In this document: in pieces, positions 1 to 9,653 of the stretch
Numbering within the stretch: position 1 is the first letter of the stretch
How the letters are laid out: every line of letters starts with the position of its first letter
From: Patescibacteria group bacterium
GTDB lineage: Bacteria; Patescibacteriota; Patescibacteriia; UBA9934
Reading direction: 5' to 3'
NCBI GenBank assembly: GCA_041660165.1
Contig: JBAZWW010000002.1
Location: forward strand, 132,074 to 196,073
Length of the DNA: 64,000 nt
The notes under the pieces: generated by a model
The model's database searches: none
Told to the model about the DNA's origin: nothing
Seen by the model: only the letters and a program-made list of their open reading frames with translations
Translations under genes and position numbers: made by a program

Positions 1-814
1 CTATTCTACGGAGCACGGTGCTCACTTGTTCATCATGGTCAGCGGATAGGCCGTGGATGCGCCGAGGCAACTCCGTTACGCGCAGGCCGAGTACATCATA
101 GACCTCGGCGCTGGCCCGCAACACGGCAGTAGAGAACCGGCGCGCGTGCTCGGTTGGAATAGACGCCCATTTCTGCGCGTTGCCGAAGGGCAACAAGTAG
201 GGAGCTCCGGTATTAGGCAAGTTCGCCAGCGTCCGGCCAGACATGGGAGCACCCGGAAAGAAATCGCGTTCGCAGACTTCATCCAGCACCTCCGCAAACG
301 ACCGCACGGCGTGAACGTCAATGTTGTCGAGCTTCAGCCGGTTAGCTCCTTCGCCAATTGCCACGCCCGCGTACACGCGCCGAACCGCTACGCCGTGCTT
401 GGCAAACGCGCTGATAATTTGCGCCATCATGGCCCCGCTAAAGACGACGTCATCAACGAGCGCAATTTCTGGTTCGCCTACCAGGCGAGCAATTTCTCTA
501 ATCTCCTCGGCCAGATCTAATTGGCGTCCGTCGCGCAGGCCATAGCCCGCATCAGCGCCATTCTTGTCCACCAGGCGCGTGATATTGAGCGCCAGCGGAC
601 GGGGCGCGTAAACGGGGTCAAGGCTGACGATCAGCATCGGACAGGCCTTGAGTAGATGCGCGAGGCCATCAACCATTTCTGTTTCTGCCACCCACTCGCA
701 GTTTCCCACGCTTTCTTCAAGAACCTGTGTCAGCGTCCGGCGGAAGTCAGCTAGCAAGTCGGGAGAAATATCAAGCAACAGCGAAAGATCCGCAGAAATG
801 ACGTACGAATTCAT
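1..814 (-). CDS. Phosphoribosyltransferase-domain protein, 3'-truncated by the window start. ATG at 814-812; no in-frame stop before position 1.
   Basis: My own minus-strand translation (MNSYVISADLSLLLD...) contains a PRPP-binding-like motif EIALVDDVVFSGAMM (hydrophobic-DD-hydrophobic-SG). It is absent from the ORF track, presumably because it runs off the window edge. The exact frame at the 3' end was not fully verified. Confidence 0.4.
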   Translation of the reverse strand, partial: MNSYVISADLSLLLDISPDLLADFRRTLTQVLEESVGNCEWVAETEMVDGLAHLLKACPMLIVSLDPVYAPRPLALNITRLVDKNGADAGYGLRDGRQLDLAEEIREIARLVGEPEIALVDDVVFSGAMMAQIISAFAKHGVAVRRVYAGVAIGEGANRLKLDNIDVHAVRSFAEVLDEVCERDFFPGAPMSGRTLANLPNTGAPYLLPFGNAQKWASIPTEHARRFSTAVLRASAEVYDVLGLRVTELPRRIHGLSADHDEQVSTVLRRI

Positions 815-857
815 TTAGCACCTCTGATTTTATTTTCACCTTCCAATTAGTCCCTCC

Positions 858-1415
858 CTACAAGGAGGGGATTGTATGTTTTGCGTAGACTGCTTTGATG
901 GCCATTGTCACGGCATCGGCTGGTGTCTCAGCGATTTCAACGCGTACGCGTTCGCGCTGATCAATAAAACTTCCCGCCAAACGCTCGCTCCAGCCCCCGG
1001 TATTTTTAAGGGCGATGATTGGAATATTGGCCTGATAGGCAATCGCTATTTCTGTCAGCGTTCCTGACCCGCCGTTCACGCAGATGATTGCGTCGCAAGA
1101 AGAAACGAGCACGAATTCACGTCCGCCCCCTCGGCCCATACCGGCGGTAATAATCGCGTCTGCATTTTTTTCGATAACGCCGTCAATGGTTGCTCCATAG
1201 GTAATGCCGAGTGCTAATCCGCCATTGCGTTTAGCTCCTCTGCAGGCCGCTGAAGAGAGCGAGTCAAGGTCTTTCTCCGCGCCAAAGAGCAGGACAGCAC
1301 CAGCTTTAGCGATTTCTTCGCCAATCTTTTCAGCCAGCATCTGGATCTGGTTCGAGTATTGAAGATCCGCGCAAGAACCCATAACGCCAAGCTGTATCTT
1401 TCGTTCAATAGCCAT
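858..1415 (-). CDS. LOG/TIGR00725-family Rossmann-fold protein (lysine-decarboxylase-like, nucleotide phosphoribohydrolase family)
   Basis: 185 aa ORF with GGSGTLTE and a GRGGG glycine-rich loop typical of the LOG/DprA-like Rossmann family. Confidence 0.6.
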   Translation of the reverse strand: MAIERKIQLGVMGSCADLQYSNQIQMLAEKIGEEIAKAGAVLLFGAEKDLDSLSSAACRGAKRNGGLALGITYGATIDGVIEKNADAIITAGMGRGGGREFVLVSSCDAIICVNGGSGTLTEIAIAYQANIPIIALKNTGGWSERLAGSFIDQRERVRVEIAETPADAVTMAIKAVYAKHTIPSL

Positions 1416-1440
1416 ATGCGATGTAAGGATTGTTAGGAGA

Positions 1441-1470
1441 AATAAAAAGACCCGCAGATAAGCGGGCTTC
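1441..1470 (-). terminator. Intrinsic terminator on the minus strand (stem GCCCGC / GCGGGT followed by TTTTTATTT)
   Basis: Plus-strand sequence aaaaagacccgcagataagcgggc. On the minus strand this is a GC stem followed by a U-tract, lying between a 22-codon small ORF and the LOG gene. Confidence 0.6.
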
Positions 1471-1509
1471 TTTACAGTTATTCAAGGGAATAACGTCAAG
1501 CAATCCCGC

Positions 1510-1578
1510 TTAGGCATGGCGGGTATGATGAGAGATGTTGTAAGTGGCGCTCTTTGATTCCATATCGATGATGAGCAT
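1510..1578 (-). CDS. Candidate 22-aa leader peptide MLIIDMESKSATYNISHHTRHA
   Basis: ATG is preceded by AAGGA 7 nt upstream. The stop is immediately followed by alternative hairpins and the terminator at 1441-1470. It is below the length cutoff of the ORF track. Confidence 0.25.
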   Translation of the reverse strand: MLIIDMESKSATYNISHHTRHA

Positions 1579-1884
1579 AACAGATCCTTTACTCACTTTC
1601 AAGTTTTCAATGTTTTGAGTTTGTCTCCTTCTTTATCCCCAGCGCTGTCGGCACCCGCCGGCACGCTTTTGTCATAGCAGGATTGCGGATTCTGAAAAGG
1701 TGTCGGACACCTCCGACATGAATTGGGCGGGGCGTAATTGAGCGCTTCTTTATTTCTGATGAAATGTCTTTAGGACGTTCCAAGCCAGCCGGCCAGCTGG
1801 CAATCGCATCTGATCATCTGACATGCCCTGAACGAGCAAAAGGGAAGGGCATAACGGAGCGCAGAAGCGAATACATGTGATCTA

Positions 1885-1924
1885 GGGGATCAGGATTTTG
1901 CTGGGGAGTTGAATCCTGATCCCA
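1885..1924. promoter_or_regulatory. Perfect 13-bp inverted repeat GGGGATCAGGATT-N14-AATCCTGATCCCC, about 110 nt upstream of the M23 peptidase gene
   Basis: Read directly from the sequence; candidate operator or RNA stem-loop. Confidence 0.4.
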
Positions 1925-2030
1925 GTTTTCGGACAGAGCGGTGACGGTATTTTCCCCTCGAATGCTGGTGCGTACTCCCACGGCATTCGGGGCGAGAATC
2001 AACTCGCTCCAAGAAAGTTTGGAGGTCCAG

Positions 2031-3773
2031 ATGGACCGTAAGTCACCGATCGTTGTGTTCGTTTCCATGTTCCTTCAGGGTTGTTACGGGTCACAGGCTC
2101 AGCTTGACCGAGCGCTCGAACAGCAGAACGGCGAGGGCGGAGGCACGGACGTCATCACGACGGATATGCCGTTTTCCGCCGGCTACGGAAGCCGTTGTGT
2201 GCAGGGGGCGAACGGTTCGTACTCGCATCAGTTTGTGAGCACGAAGTATGACCTTGACCTTGATACCCCGAACGACGTGAATGATCTGGTCTACGCGCCC
2301 ATGAGCGGGACGGCCTATGTGCATGATGACGGTTCGCACGGCTTTGGCCGGCACGTGAACCTGGATCTGCATGACGGCACGTACCTCATCATGGGCCACC
2401 TGAAAGAGGTGTTTGCGGGTAACGGCACGGACGTGGCGGTCGGGCAGATCCTGGGGTTTGAAGGAACCACCGGGAATTCTACCGGCGATCACGTGCATTT
2501 TGGCCGGCATTCGGGCGACGCCAAGAAAGCCGGGGGCTTGGGCGCCAGCCTGGAGGGACTTCAGGTCAAAATGTTCGACGCCACGACTGGTACTGACGCG
2601 GAAGTCATGACCACGGACGCGGTCTGCGGGCTCACGGGCGGACATCTGTACAAATCGGAACTGCCAACCGCTCACTGGCATCCGGTGGGCACGTTTCTCA
2701 AGCGTCCCGGGGATTTGCTCGTGTTCGAGCGGACCTCCGGCAACGGCGTGCTGGCTTACATGAACGAAGACGCGTTCTTGAGCCGTGGGAACAGCTTCAC
2801 GAATGTGGCGCTGATCTCAGATGAGGAGCTGGCGTGTTACTCGCGCGCGGTCCCGGTGTACAGCCTGGGTTACGTGCGCGCTTTGCGGGATTCCGCGGGC
2901 GATGCCTGGATCCTCCTTGGCCAGGCCACGGACCCGGAACGCAAGCGTTTGCGGGTGGATGAAACCGGCGTGGCGGGCGTTCTGCAGAGCTACGGCATCA
3001 CTGCGTATTCGTACGACGACATTGACCATGGGGCCGATTCGGACATTCATTCCTACCCGAACGCGGGGCGGGCCGGCTACCGGGACGGAACGCTCTTGAG
3101 CCAGGCGGGCAAGAGCGACGTGTATGTCATGAACGCGGGGGTGGCCATGCCCATTCGGGACTGGGACACGTACTTGCTCATGGGGTTCGGCGGGCGGGAC
3201 ATCATCCGGGTCACGTCTGATGAGCTGAACACGAACATTCTGGTCAAGGGCAACTGCGCCACGGACACGTACTGTGTGACGCATGAAGACGTAACCACTT
3301 GTGGCGGAAACGCCAGTGAGGAGAACGGAAATGACACCGAAGAAGGCAGTCAAGAAACGGGAGAATTACCCGGGGATGCGGACACGGGAGTGGATGCAGA
3401 TCAGCCGGTGGATGCGGAAACGCTCACCGTTTCCTGGTCCACGCCCGGGAACGTCCGTGCCGATTGGATCACCATTGCCGGCACGTACCTGACGGCTTCC
3501 GGGGTTTCTACGCCTTGGAATCCCGTCCTGGCAGAAGGCCACAGCGCCACGGCCGTGGTCTACAGCCGGTATGACGCTACGCACGGTGACCGTTTCCGTT
3601 TTTCCGGGGCCTACGGCCTTGGCAACGTGGAAAATTGGTCCTGCGTGGCCCCGTTCCCGCCCGGCATCTTGCAGGGAACTGTCCGCGCCACGGTCAACGG
3701 GATCGCTGTCCCGGTTTCAGCCACGGCGGATCCTGACAGCCAAGGATGCCAGTTGCAAATCGACGTGCCGTGA
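2031..3773 (+). CDS. M23-family (LytM-like) metallopeptidase lipoprotein with a long C-terminal domain
   Basis: HxxxD and HVHFGRH (HxH) motifs of M23 peptidases. Signal peptide with lipobox LQGC starts at an internal Met (MDRKSPIVVFVSMFLQGC) preceded by GGAGG. The ORF track starts earlier, at 1941. Confidence 0.75.
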   Translation: MDRKSPIVVFVSMFLQGCYGSQAQLDRALEQQNGEGGGTDVITTDMPFSAGYGSRCVQGANGSYSHQFVSTKYDLDLDTPNDVNDLVYAPMSGTAYVHDDGSHGFGRHVNLDLHDGTYLIMGHLKEVFAGNGTDVAVGQILGFEGTTGNSTGDHVHFGRHSGDAKKAGGLGASLEGLQVKMFDATTGTDAEVMTTDAVCGLTGGHLYKSELPTAHWHPVGTFLKRPGDLLVFERTSGNGVLAYMNEDAFLSRGNSFTNVALISDEELACYSRAVPVYSLGYVRALRDSAGDAWILLGQATDPERKRLRVDETGVAGVLQSYGITAYSYDDIDHGADSDIHSYPNAGRAGYRDGTLLSQAGKSDVYVMNAGVAMPIRDWDTYLLMGFGGRDIIRVTSDELNTNILVKGNCATDTYCVTHEDVTTCGGNASEENGNDTEEGSQETGELPGDADTGVDADQPVDAETLTVSWSTPGNVRADWITIAGTYLTASGVSTPWNPVLAEGHSATAVVYSRYDATHGDRFRFSGAYGLGNVENWSCVAPFPPGILQGTVRATVNGIAVPVSATADPDSQGCQLQIDVP

Positions 3774-3780
3774 GAATCGT

Positions 3781-3820
3781 GGGGGGTGCTCATGGGAAAC
3801 CATGAGCGCCCCTCTTTTAC
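3781..3820 (+). terminator. Intrinsic terminator after the M23 peptidase gene
   Basis: ggggggtgctcatgg-gaaa-ccatgagcgcccc stem followed by TCTTTT. Confidence 0.55.
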
Positions 3821-3844
3821 ATCTCACTCACTTTCTCACTCTCG

Positions 3845-3853
3845 TGTTATAAT
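3845..3853 (+). promoter_or_regulatory. Extended -10 element TGTTATAAT lying 9 nt before the ATG at 3863 (candidate leaderless transcript)
   Basis: Sequence motif only. Confidence 0.3.
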
Positions 3854-3862
3854 CACACCGCT

Positions 3863-6800
3863 ATGCACCTCATTCCGCTTCTGCGGACAGGTTTGCAAAA
3901 ATATTTTAAGTTTCAAGGAGCCCTCTTCTTGGTGTTTTTTATTACCTTTGGCGTTTTTCTTATTCCGCAGGCTCATGTTTTTGCCGACTGCGCTTCTGAT
4001 TGTAGCGCGAACACAGCTCTGAATCCCGGAGATCCAGCCATCGCGGCGTGTGTGGCCGCTTGTCCTGCTAATCCCTCAACCACCACTCCCGCTTCATCAG
4101 ATGCTGTTACCGGCCCAACATGGGCACTTGATGTAGTGCTGACTCCGCTCACCACCATTCTTGATTACATCGCCGCGGGCATCGTGAAATTGACGCTCGT
4201 GATCATGGAAATGATCCTCATTCCAATTTTGAACTACAACTCATTTTCTACCAGTCCGATCATTGGCCTTGGCTGGTCTCTAGTCAGAGACGTGATGAAC
4301 ATGTTTGTCATTATCTCCCTTCTCTTCATTGCCATTTTTACCATTGTTGGCAATCACCGCGCACATTGGGAACAGCAGTTACCTCAGCTTTTCCTGGCTG
4401 TCATTTTCATGAATTTTAGTAGGACTATCTGCGGTATTTTAATTGATATCAGCCAAGTGGTCATGTTTACGTTTGTGAACGCGCTTCTTGATATTGCGGC
4501 TGGAAACTTTGCCCAGCTTTTTGGCCTCCAGGAATTTGGCAAATACGCCAATCAAGATATTCTGACGTCCATTAACAATGGAACGGGTCTCAGTACGTCA
4601 TCGCAGTTTGTGGCTGCTTTTTTACGTATTCCATTATACGGAGCGATTTTTGCCATCCTTCTTTTACTCGCCCTTGCTTTCCTCTACCGCATTGTCATTC
4701 TCTGGGTCTTGGTTATTCTTTCCCCGGCCACGTTTCTCCTTGGCGGTCTCAAAGGCGTCTTTGGCCAGGCCGCGGGTGATCACGCTCAGTGGTGGGGAAA
4801 GTTTACGGGGGCGCTTCTCATGGGCCCGATTCTCACATTTTTCTTGTGGCTTTCGCTGGCTGCCGCTTCTTCTGGTTCTATTGCCCAATCTGAAAATTTC
4901 CCCACTCCGCAAAACGCGCAGTCTTACGGCTTATCGCTTGAGGTCTTTGATTCAAGCCATCTGACAAGTTTGATCCTGGCTTTGATTCTCCTCATTGCCG
5001 GCATGCAGATAGCTGGCGAGCAATCAAGCAAGGTGGGCGGTTTGGCCGGCCAAATGATTAACGAAGGGATGGGCCAGCGCGTGGTGAGCGGAGCGCTCCG
5101 GGCGCCGTTCCAGGCAGGCGCCTATGCCGGCAGGAAGGCTGACGTGTATGCCGGAAATAAACTTGAGATCGGAACACTCCGTGAAGGTCTTGGTAAGGGT
5201 ATCATTGGCGCCGGAGAAAGGCTGGCGCAAACCGGCGGAGTTGGTATGTATCTTGGCCGGGCAGTGGCTGCTGCCGGCGGAAATATTGAGCTTCAGGGCG
5301 AGCATCTGCGCGCTGAGCGCACGAAGGCCGCTACAGAGCGCGTGGGTAAGATGAGCGATTCTGAAAAAGCCATGCACATGGGCTTGCTGGCTACCGGCCA
5401 GAAGTCAAACATTCTTTCTACCAAAGAAGACTTTGACGCCGTGGCTCTTGATTTCATGAGCGATAAGGTGCAGGACGAAACCAAAGAGCACATTGCCCAC
5501 AATTTGGGTATCCATAAGAATACAGGCGAGAGCGATAAGGACTTTGAAGACCGTAAGGAGAGGGAGGTTGCTCCAGCCTTTAACAGGATGATGGCTCAGA
5601 CGCTGGAGTTTGCTAATAAACAGAAGAAGGCTGGTAAGCTTGATGATTCCGCAAAGAGCAAACTCACTTCGCTCAATACTAAGTACGCTGATCTTTTGAA
5701 GGATCCAGCGGAGACAGCCAAGTGGGTGGATGATGAAAAGTTCAACATGAATGACGCTCGTAAGCGTCCGGAGGTGGTTAATAACCCGGCCTTTAGAGAG
5801 GCGGCAAAAAGAAAGGTACTCAGAACCACAAAGGACAAAGATGGAGTTTCCAGGCCTGTTTACCTTTGGGATGAAATCAAGAAGGGCGTGTACGGTGACA
5901 AACTGAAGAAAGCTGCTGACAGTGTTGAGACTCCGCGGGCAACGACTGCCCAGAGGGTGGGCGAGGCTTTGAATGTGAGCAGAACGCCTCAGGAGGATCT
6001 TGAAAAGCATTTGAACTCTAAGACTGATGCGGTGAATATCGTTGGTGGTCTAAGAAATCCAGAAAGTGGTACCGGCCCGCAGGAAATGGTTCAGCCCATC
6101 CTTCAGCCAGCTGACCTTACGGGGAGCAGGGGTAAGGAAATCGGCGGAGCGATTATCAATTCAGAAGTGGATATTGCAAGCTCGCCCATTAAGACGGAGA
6201 TTGTCCAGAACATTGTTTCCACCCAGCCGGCAGAAACCATTGGCAAAGCGTTTAAGAATGAGCAGGTTAAACCGGCAGATATTCCGGCCAGCGCCTTTGC
6301 GTCTACAAACACGAACCGTCCAGCAGTGGTGGAGAGCGTCATCAAGGGCAATGTTGATGTGAAGTTCATGACTGCTCCTGCACAGGCTTCCTATAAGACG
6401 GCGCTTGAGGAGCTGAACACAAGCGGGGGCGTTAGTTCAAAGGATTATGTATCTGCCAAGTCTTCGCTTCTTGAGGCGGGCAGGCTCCAGCCGGGGAATA
6501 CGATTGATTCCGTTGTCTCTGGCATTACCAGAAATCCTACTACCGGCGCGGTTGCGCTTGATCCCTCAGCTTCAAGAGAGGTGAAACAAATTTTTGAGCA
6601 GAAGCCGGAGAATTATAAGTTTGTTGAACAGGAGATTCCTGCGTCTCCAACGGAGGTGAATGACTTTACGCAAGCTGTCGTTCAGACCGCTTCAGGCAAG
6701 AAAATCCAGGATCTTTCTGAGGCTTGGAAGAGCGCCAAGGGCCAACAGAAGACAGATCTCAAGAGCGCCATGGACGTGATTCATGAGTCTCTGGAGCGCG

Positions 6801-6898
6801 AGATCGCTAGCCGAGTGAACCCAAGGGTTCAGACAAAACAACAGATGCAGAACACGCTTGATGAGAGCGTGACCATTAGGACCAGGCTTGGCTTCTAG
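3863..6898 (+). CDS. Polytopic membrane protein, VirB6/TrbL/PrgH-like, with a signal peptide, at least six TM helices and a ~600-aa hydrophilic Lys/Glu-rich C-terminal tail
   Basis: Hydrophobic segments IAAGIVKLTLVIMEMILIPIL, IISLLFIAIFTIVG, ILIDISQVVMFTFVNALLDIAAG, YGAIFAILLLLALAFLYRIVILWVLVILSP and others. It sits directly upstream of VirB3- and VirB4-like genes, in pCF10 prgH-prgI-prgJ-like order. Confidence 0.5.
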   Translation: MHLIPLLRTGLQKYFKFQGALFLVFFITFGVFLIPQAHVFADCASDCSANTALNPGDPAIAACVAACPANPSTTTPASSDAVTGPTWALDVVLTPLTTILDYIAAGIVKLTLVIMEMILIPILNYNSFSTSPIIGLGWSLVRDVMNMFVIISLLFIAIFTIVGNHRAHWEQQLPQLFLAVIFMNFSRTICGILIDISQVVMFTFVNALLDIAAGNFAQLFGLQEFGKYANQDILTSINNGTGLSTSSQFVAAFLRIPLYGAIFAILLLLALAFLYRIVILWVLVILSPATFLLGGLKGVFGQAAGDHAQWWGKFTGALLMGPILTFFLWLSLAAASSGSIAQSENFPTPQNAQSYGLSLEVFDSSHLTSLILALILLIAGMQIAGEQSSKVGGLAGQMINEGMGQRVVSGALRAPFQAGAYAGRKADVYAGNKLEIGTLREGLGKGIIGAGERLAQTGGVGMYLGRAVAAAGGNIELQGEHLRAERTKAATERVGKMSDSEKAMHMGLLATGQKSNILSTKEDFDAVALDFMSDKVQDETKEHIAHNLGIHKNTGESDKDFEDRKEREVAPAFNRMMAQTLEFANKQKKAGKLDDSAKSKLTSLNTKYADLLKDPAETAKWVDDEKFNMNDARKRPEVVNNPAFREAAKRKVLRTTKDKDGVSRPVYLWDEIKKGVYGDKLKKAADSVETPRATTAQRVGEALNVSRTPQEDLEKHLNSKTDAVNIVGGLRNPESGTGPQEMVQPILQPADLTGSRGKEIGGAIINSEVDIASSPIKTEIVQNIVSTQPAETIGKAFKNEQVKPADIPASAFASTNTNRPAVVESVIKGNVDVKFMTAPAQASYKTALEELNTSGGVSSKDYVSAKSSLLEAGRLQPGNTIDSVVSGITRNPTTGAVALDPSASREVKQIFEQKPENYKFVEQEIPASPTEVNDFTQAVVQTASGKKIQDLSEAWKSAKGQQKTDLKSAMDVIHESLEREIASRVNPRVQTKQQMQNTLDESVTIRTRLGF

Positions 6899-6906
6899 GC
6901 TGGCGT

Positions 6907-8496
6907 ATGTCCATGCAACAACTGCTCAATATCTCGACCGCTAGAAAATTCCTCATTGAAGATCCCATCCTTAAAACGTACCGCAGGATCTTTGAGGAGC
7001 GCGGATTACCCGTTGAACGTCGGTCTGAGCTTTTGGATTTGACGAACGCGATTATTGATGGGGCGTTACCTCCGGCGGATGCCTCGGCCATCATTGAGAG
7101 CGCCTTTGGGCTTGATGAGGAAAAAGCAAAACAATTAACGTGCGACGTGCTCGGCTATGGCGTGTTGCCGCTTGAAAAGTTTATTCCAGGCATTCCTGAG
7201 GCCATTACCGCGCTCGGGGGCGAGGTGGAAAAGTATCCGGCTGTTCGTGTAGAGAAGGACAGGGTTTCGGCCTTTGCGTGGTCAGAGCGCCTGCAGAAAG
7301 AGGCGAACATTCAGTTTTCTGACGTGCTCACTAAACGACTGGCGCTTCTTTTGGAAGGCCGAATGAAGGGCGAGAAGAATGCGGAATCCTTACGGACATA
7401 CTTCGGCCGGTCACTCACAATTGGGGGCCTGGCGCTTCTGAAGGAACAAATTGACGCCCTGGCTACGGCCATTGAAGGAGAGGCGCCATTTGTAGAGCTG
7501 GTGAGTGATGAGGAATGGAAGAAGATGCAGGAGCCCGCGCCTGTGGTGGAGGGGTTTGACGACGCCAAACCCGTACGCGCGGGCGAGATTGAGATCCCGC
7601 CCGGCCATGAATTGGCCGCGGAGGTGCCGGTATTGGAATGGAGGGGAAGGACGGACGCTCGATTAGCAGAAGCGGTTGAGGCCTGTGTTGAGTCAGCGAA
7701 ACCGATTTTGCTCGACAAAAATATTGCGCTTCCAAAGTTCCGCGACCTGGCTGAAAAGAATATCCGCGGGGTTCGTGATCCAGGCAAGACGCGGGATATT
7801 TTGGAGAAGGAGTATGCGCTCTCCGGAGCCGATCTTCGCGTGGTCCTAGACGCGTTGTCTGCGGGGAAGAAAAAGTATGATGGAGAGAAAAGGCCGGCAG
7901 AGGATGGAGAGGGGAAAGAGGAAGGAGAGGGAACTGTAGAGCTGAGAGAATCAGACGCCATGGATGCAAAATTCTTGGCACTGACCAAGACCACGCCAAC
8001 GGAAAGTATTGCGCCTATCATGCCTGGATCAAGGGTGTCGGCTGCTAGAGAGGCCGGAACCGCTACCGTGAAAATGCTACGGCCAAAGCCTGCCAAGGCT
8101 GAGCTGACCGTGGGCAGTGTCTCGCCTACCTCGCCGGAAAGAAAAGTGACGGATGTAGTGCAGGCTTCCAGGCTGATGGGGCCGGCTGAACAGCTGAAGA
8201 ACATGAGTCCGCTAGTCTTTCGCCGGATGTCCTCTGACCCCGCAGAGGCCGCACAAAAGATTGATGACCTGTTGTCTTCGCTGGCGGTTGGTGGGTATGA
8301 GGACAAGGTGCACGGCATCAAGGCTTGGCGCGAGAGTCCCATGAACCAGCTGTATCTGACCATCGCGGAAGAGGCGCTTGGCGCCGGTCTTTCAGTGCCC
8401 GAGGTGGCAAGTAGGCGCAGAAAAGAGGGGAAAGACAGCCTCAGTCCCGCGGAAATTAAGGCGCTCGTTTCATTAAATGCGAAACTGCGTTTCTAG
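6907..8496 (+). CDS. Hypothetical acidic soluble protein (529 aa) within the T4SS-like cluster
   Basis: Long ORF with coding-like composition and no recognisable motif. Confidence 0.6.
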   Translation: MSMQQLLNISTARKFLIEDPILKTYRRIFEERGLPVERRSELLDLTNAIIDGALPPADASAIIESAFGLDEEKAKQLTCDVLGYGVLPLEKFIPGIPEAITALGGEVEKYPAVRVEKDRVSAFAWSERLQKEANIQFSDVLTKRLALLLEGRMKGEKNAESLRTYFGRSLTIGGLALLKEQIDALATAIEGEAPFVELVSDEEWKKMQEPAPVVEGFDDAKPVRAGEIEIPPGHELAAEVPVLEWRGRTDARLAEAVEACVESAKPILLDKNIALPKFRDLAEKNIRGVRDPGKTRDILEKEYALSGADLRVVLDALSAGKKKYDGEKRPAEDGEGKEEGEGTVELRESDAMDAKFLALTKTTPTESIAPIMPGSRVSAAREAGTATVKMLRPKPAKAELTVGSVSPTSPERKVTDVVQASRLMGPAEQLKNMSPLVFRRMSSDPAEAAQKIDDLLSSLAVGGYEDKVHGIKAWRESPMNQLYLTIAEEALGAGLSVPEVASRRRKEGKDSLSPAEIKALVSLNAKLRF

Positions 8497-8513
8497 CGTG
8501 GTAAAATACTGTC

Positions 8514-8954
8514 ATGCCCCGCAATCAATTCGTTGTCCCGCAGTTTCTTGACGTGGAGCCACGCATCATTGGCCCGATTACTGCTCGGCAATTTTTAATC
8601 ATGCTGACCGTCGTATTGGTAGACTTTGCCCTGTATCGCATTTTCATCAAGAGCATTCCAGGAATCCTGGTGACTGCCTTGCCGGTAACGCTTATTGGCT
8701 CGGTCTTTGCCTTTGGAAGAATGAACGGCCAGCCGTTTCATGTGATTGCTCTTAACGTTTTGCAGACCGTGCGCCGTCCGGCTAAGCGCGTGTGGGACAA
8801 GACCATGTCAGATATGGACCTGCGCGTGCTTATGAAAAAGGAGGAAGCTCCGCCATCCATCGTTCGCCACACCAAGGCCCCGCTTGAGCAGTCACGGTTG
8901 TCTGAACTGACACTCGTTGTAAATACCGGCGGTGTCTACAGCGGTGAGGAGTAA
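8514..8954 (+). CDS. Small two-TM membrane protein, PrgI/VirB3-like
   Basis: 146 aa with two hydrophobic helices near the N-terminus (FLIMLTVVLVDFALYRIF, ILVTALPVTLIGSVFAF). It lies immediately upstream of the VirB4 homologue, as VirB3/PrgI does. Confidence 0.4.
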   Translation: MPRNQFVVPQFLDVEPRIIGPITARQFLIMLTVVLVDFALYRIFIKSIPGILVTALPVTLIGSVFAFGRMNGQPFHVIALNVLQTVRRPAKRVWDKTMSDMDLRVLMKKEEAPPSIVRHTKAPLEQSRLSELTLVVNTGGVYSGEE

Positions 8955-8956
8955 TT

Positions 8957-9652
8957 ATGGCCAACGCAAAAAACAATCTAGCAAAACCAAAAGCGGGACC
9001 GCCAACCCAGCGGTATTTGGATATTGCGGAGATTAGGGAAGACTGCGTGGTCTTAAAAGACGGCACGCTCCGTTCAGTATTGCTTGTATCGAGTATTAAC
9101 TTTGCCCTCAAAAGCGAAGATGAACAGCAGGCCACCATTCAGGGGTACATGCAGTTTTTGAATGGGCTTGATCACCCTATCCAAATCACTATTCAGTCCC
9201 GCCGGATGAACATTGACGCCTACATGGGGAAGCTGAAGGCGCAGGAAGAAACGATTCCGAATGAACTGTTGCGCGGACAGATTAGGGACTACATGTCCTT
9301 CGTCAAAGAGCTGGTTGAGCTGGGTGAGATCATGCAGAAGCGGTTTTTCGTCATCATTCCGTATGATCCGGCTGAGGGCGGGAAACAGCACGGTTTTTTT
9401 CAGAAACTGTCGGCGGCTATTTCACCGGCCGCAATTATCAAGCTGAATGCCAAACAGTTCGGTGAGCGCAAAGAATATCTCATGCAACGCGTAGGAAATA
9501 TTGCCGGCGGTCTGCAGAGCATGGGGCTTCAGGCGATTATGCTTGATACACAGGGGCTGATTGAGCTGTATTACAATTCCTACAACCCTGACGTTTCTGA
9601 GGTGCAAAAATTGGCTCCCATTGAAAAAATCCAGGTAGAAACCCGTTTCTAG
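8957..9652 (+). CDS. VirB4/TraE-family ATPase, N-terminal domain fragment (231 aa)
   Basis: YLDIAEIREDCVVLKDGTLRSVLLVSSINFALKSEDEQ resembles the conserved N-terminal region of Gram-positive VirB4 (PrgJ/TraE-type). It ends TAG one nucleotide before the ATG of the next ORF, which is in a different frame. Confidence 0.6.
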   Translation: MANAKNNLAKPKAGPPTQRYLDIAEIREDCVVLKDGTLRSVLLVSSINFALKSEDEQQATIQGYMQFLNGLDHPIQITIQSRRMNIDAYMGKLKAQEETIPNELLRGQIRDYMSFVKELVELGEIMQKRFFVIIPYDPAEGGKQHGFFQKLSAAISPAAIIKLNAKQFGERKEYLMQRVGNIAGGLQSMGLQAIMLDTQGLIELYYNSYNPDVSEVQKLAPIEKIQVETRF

Positions 9653-9653
9653 T

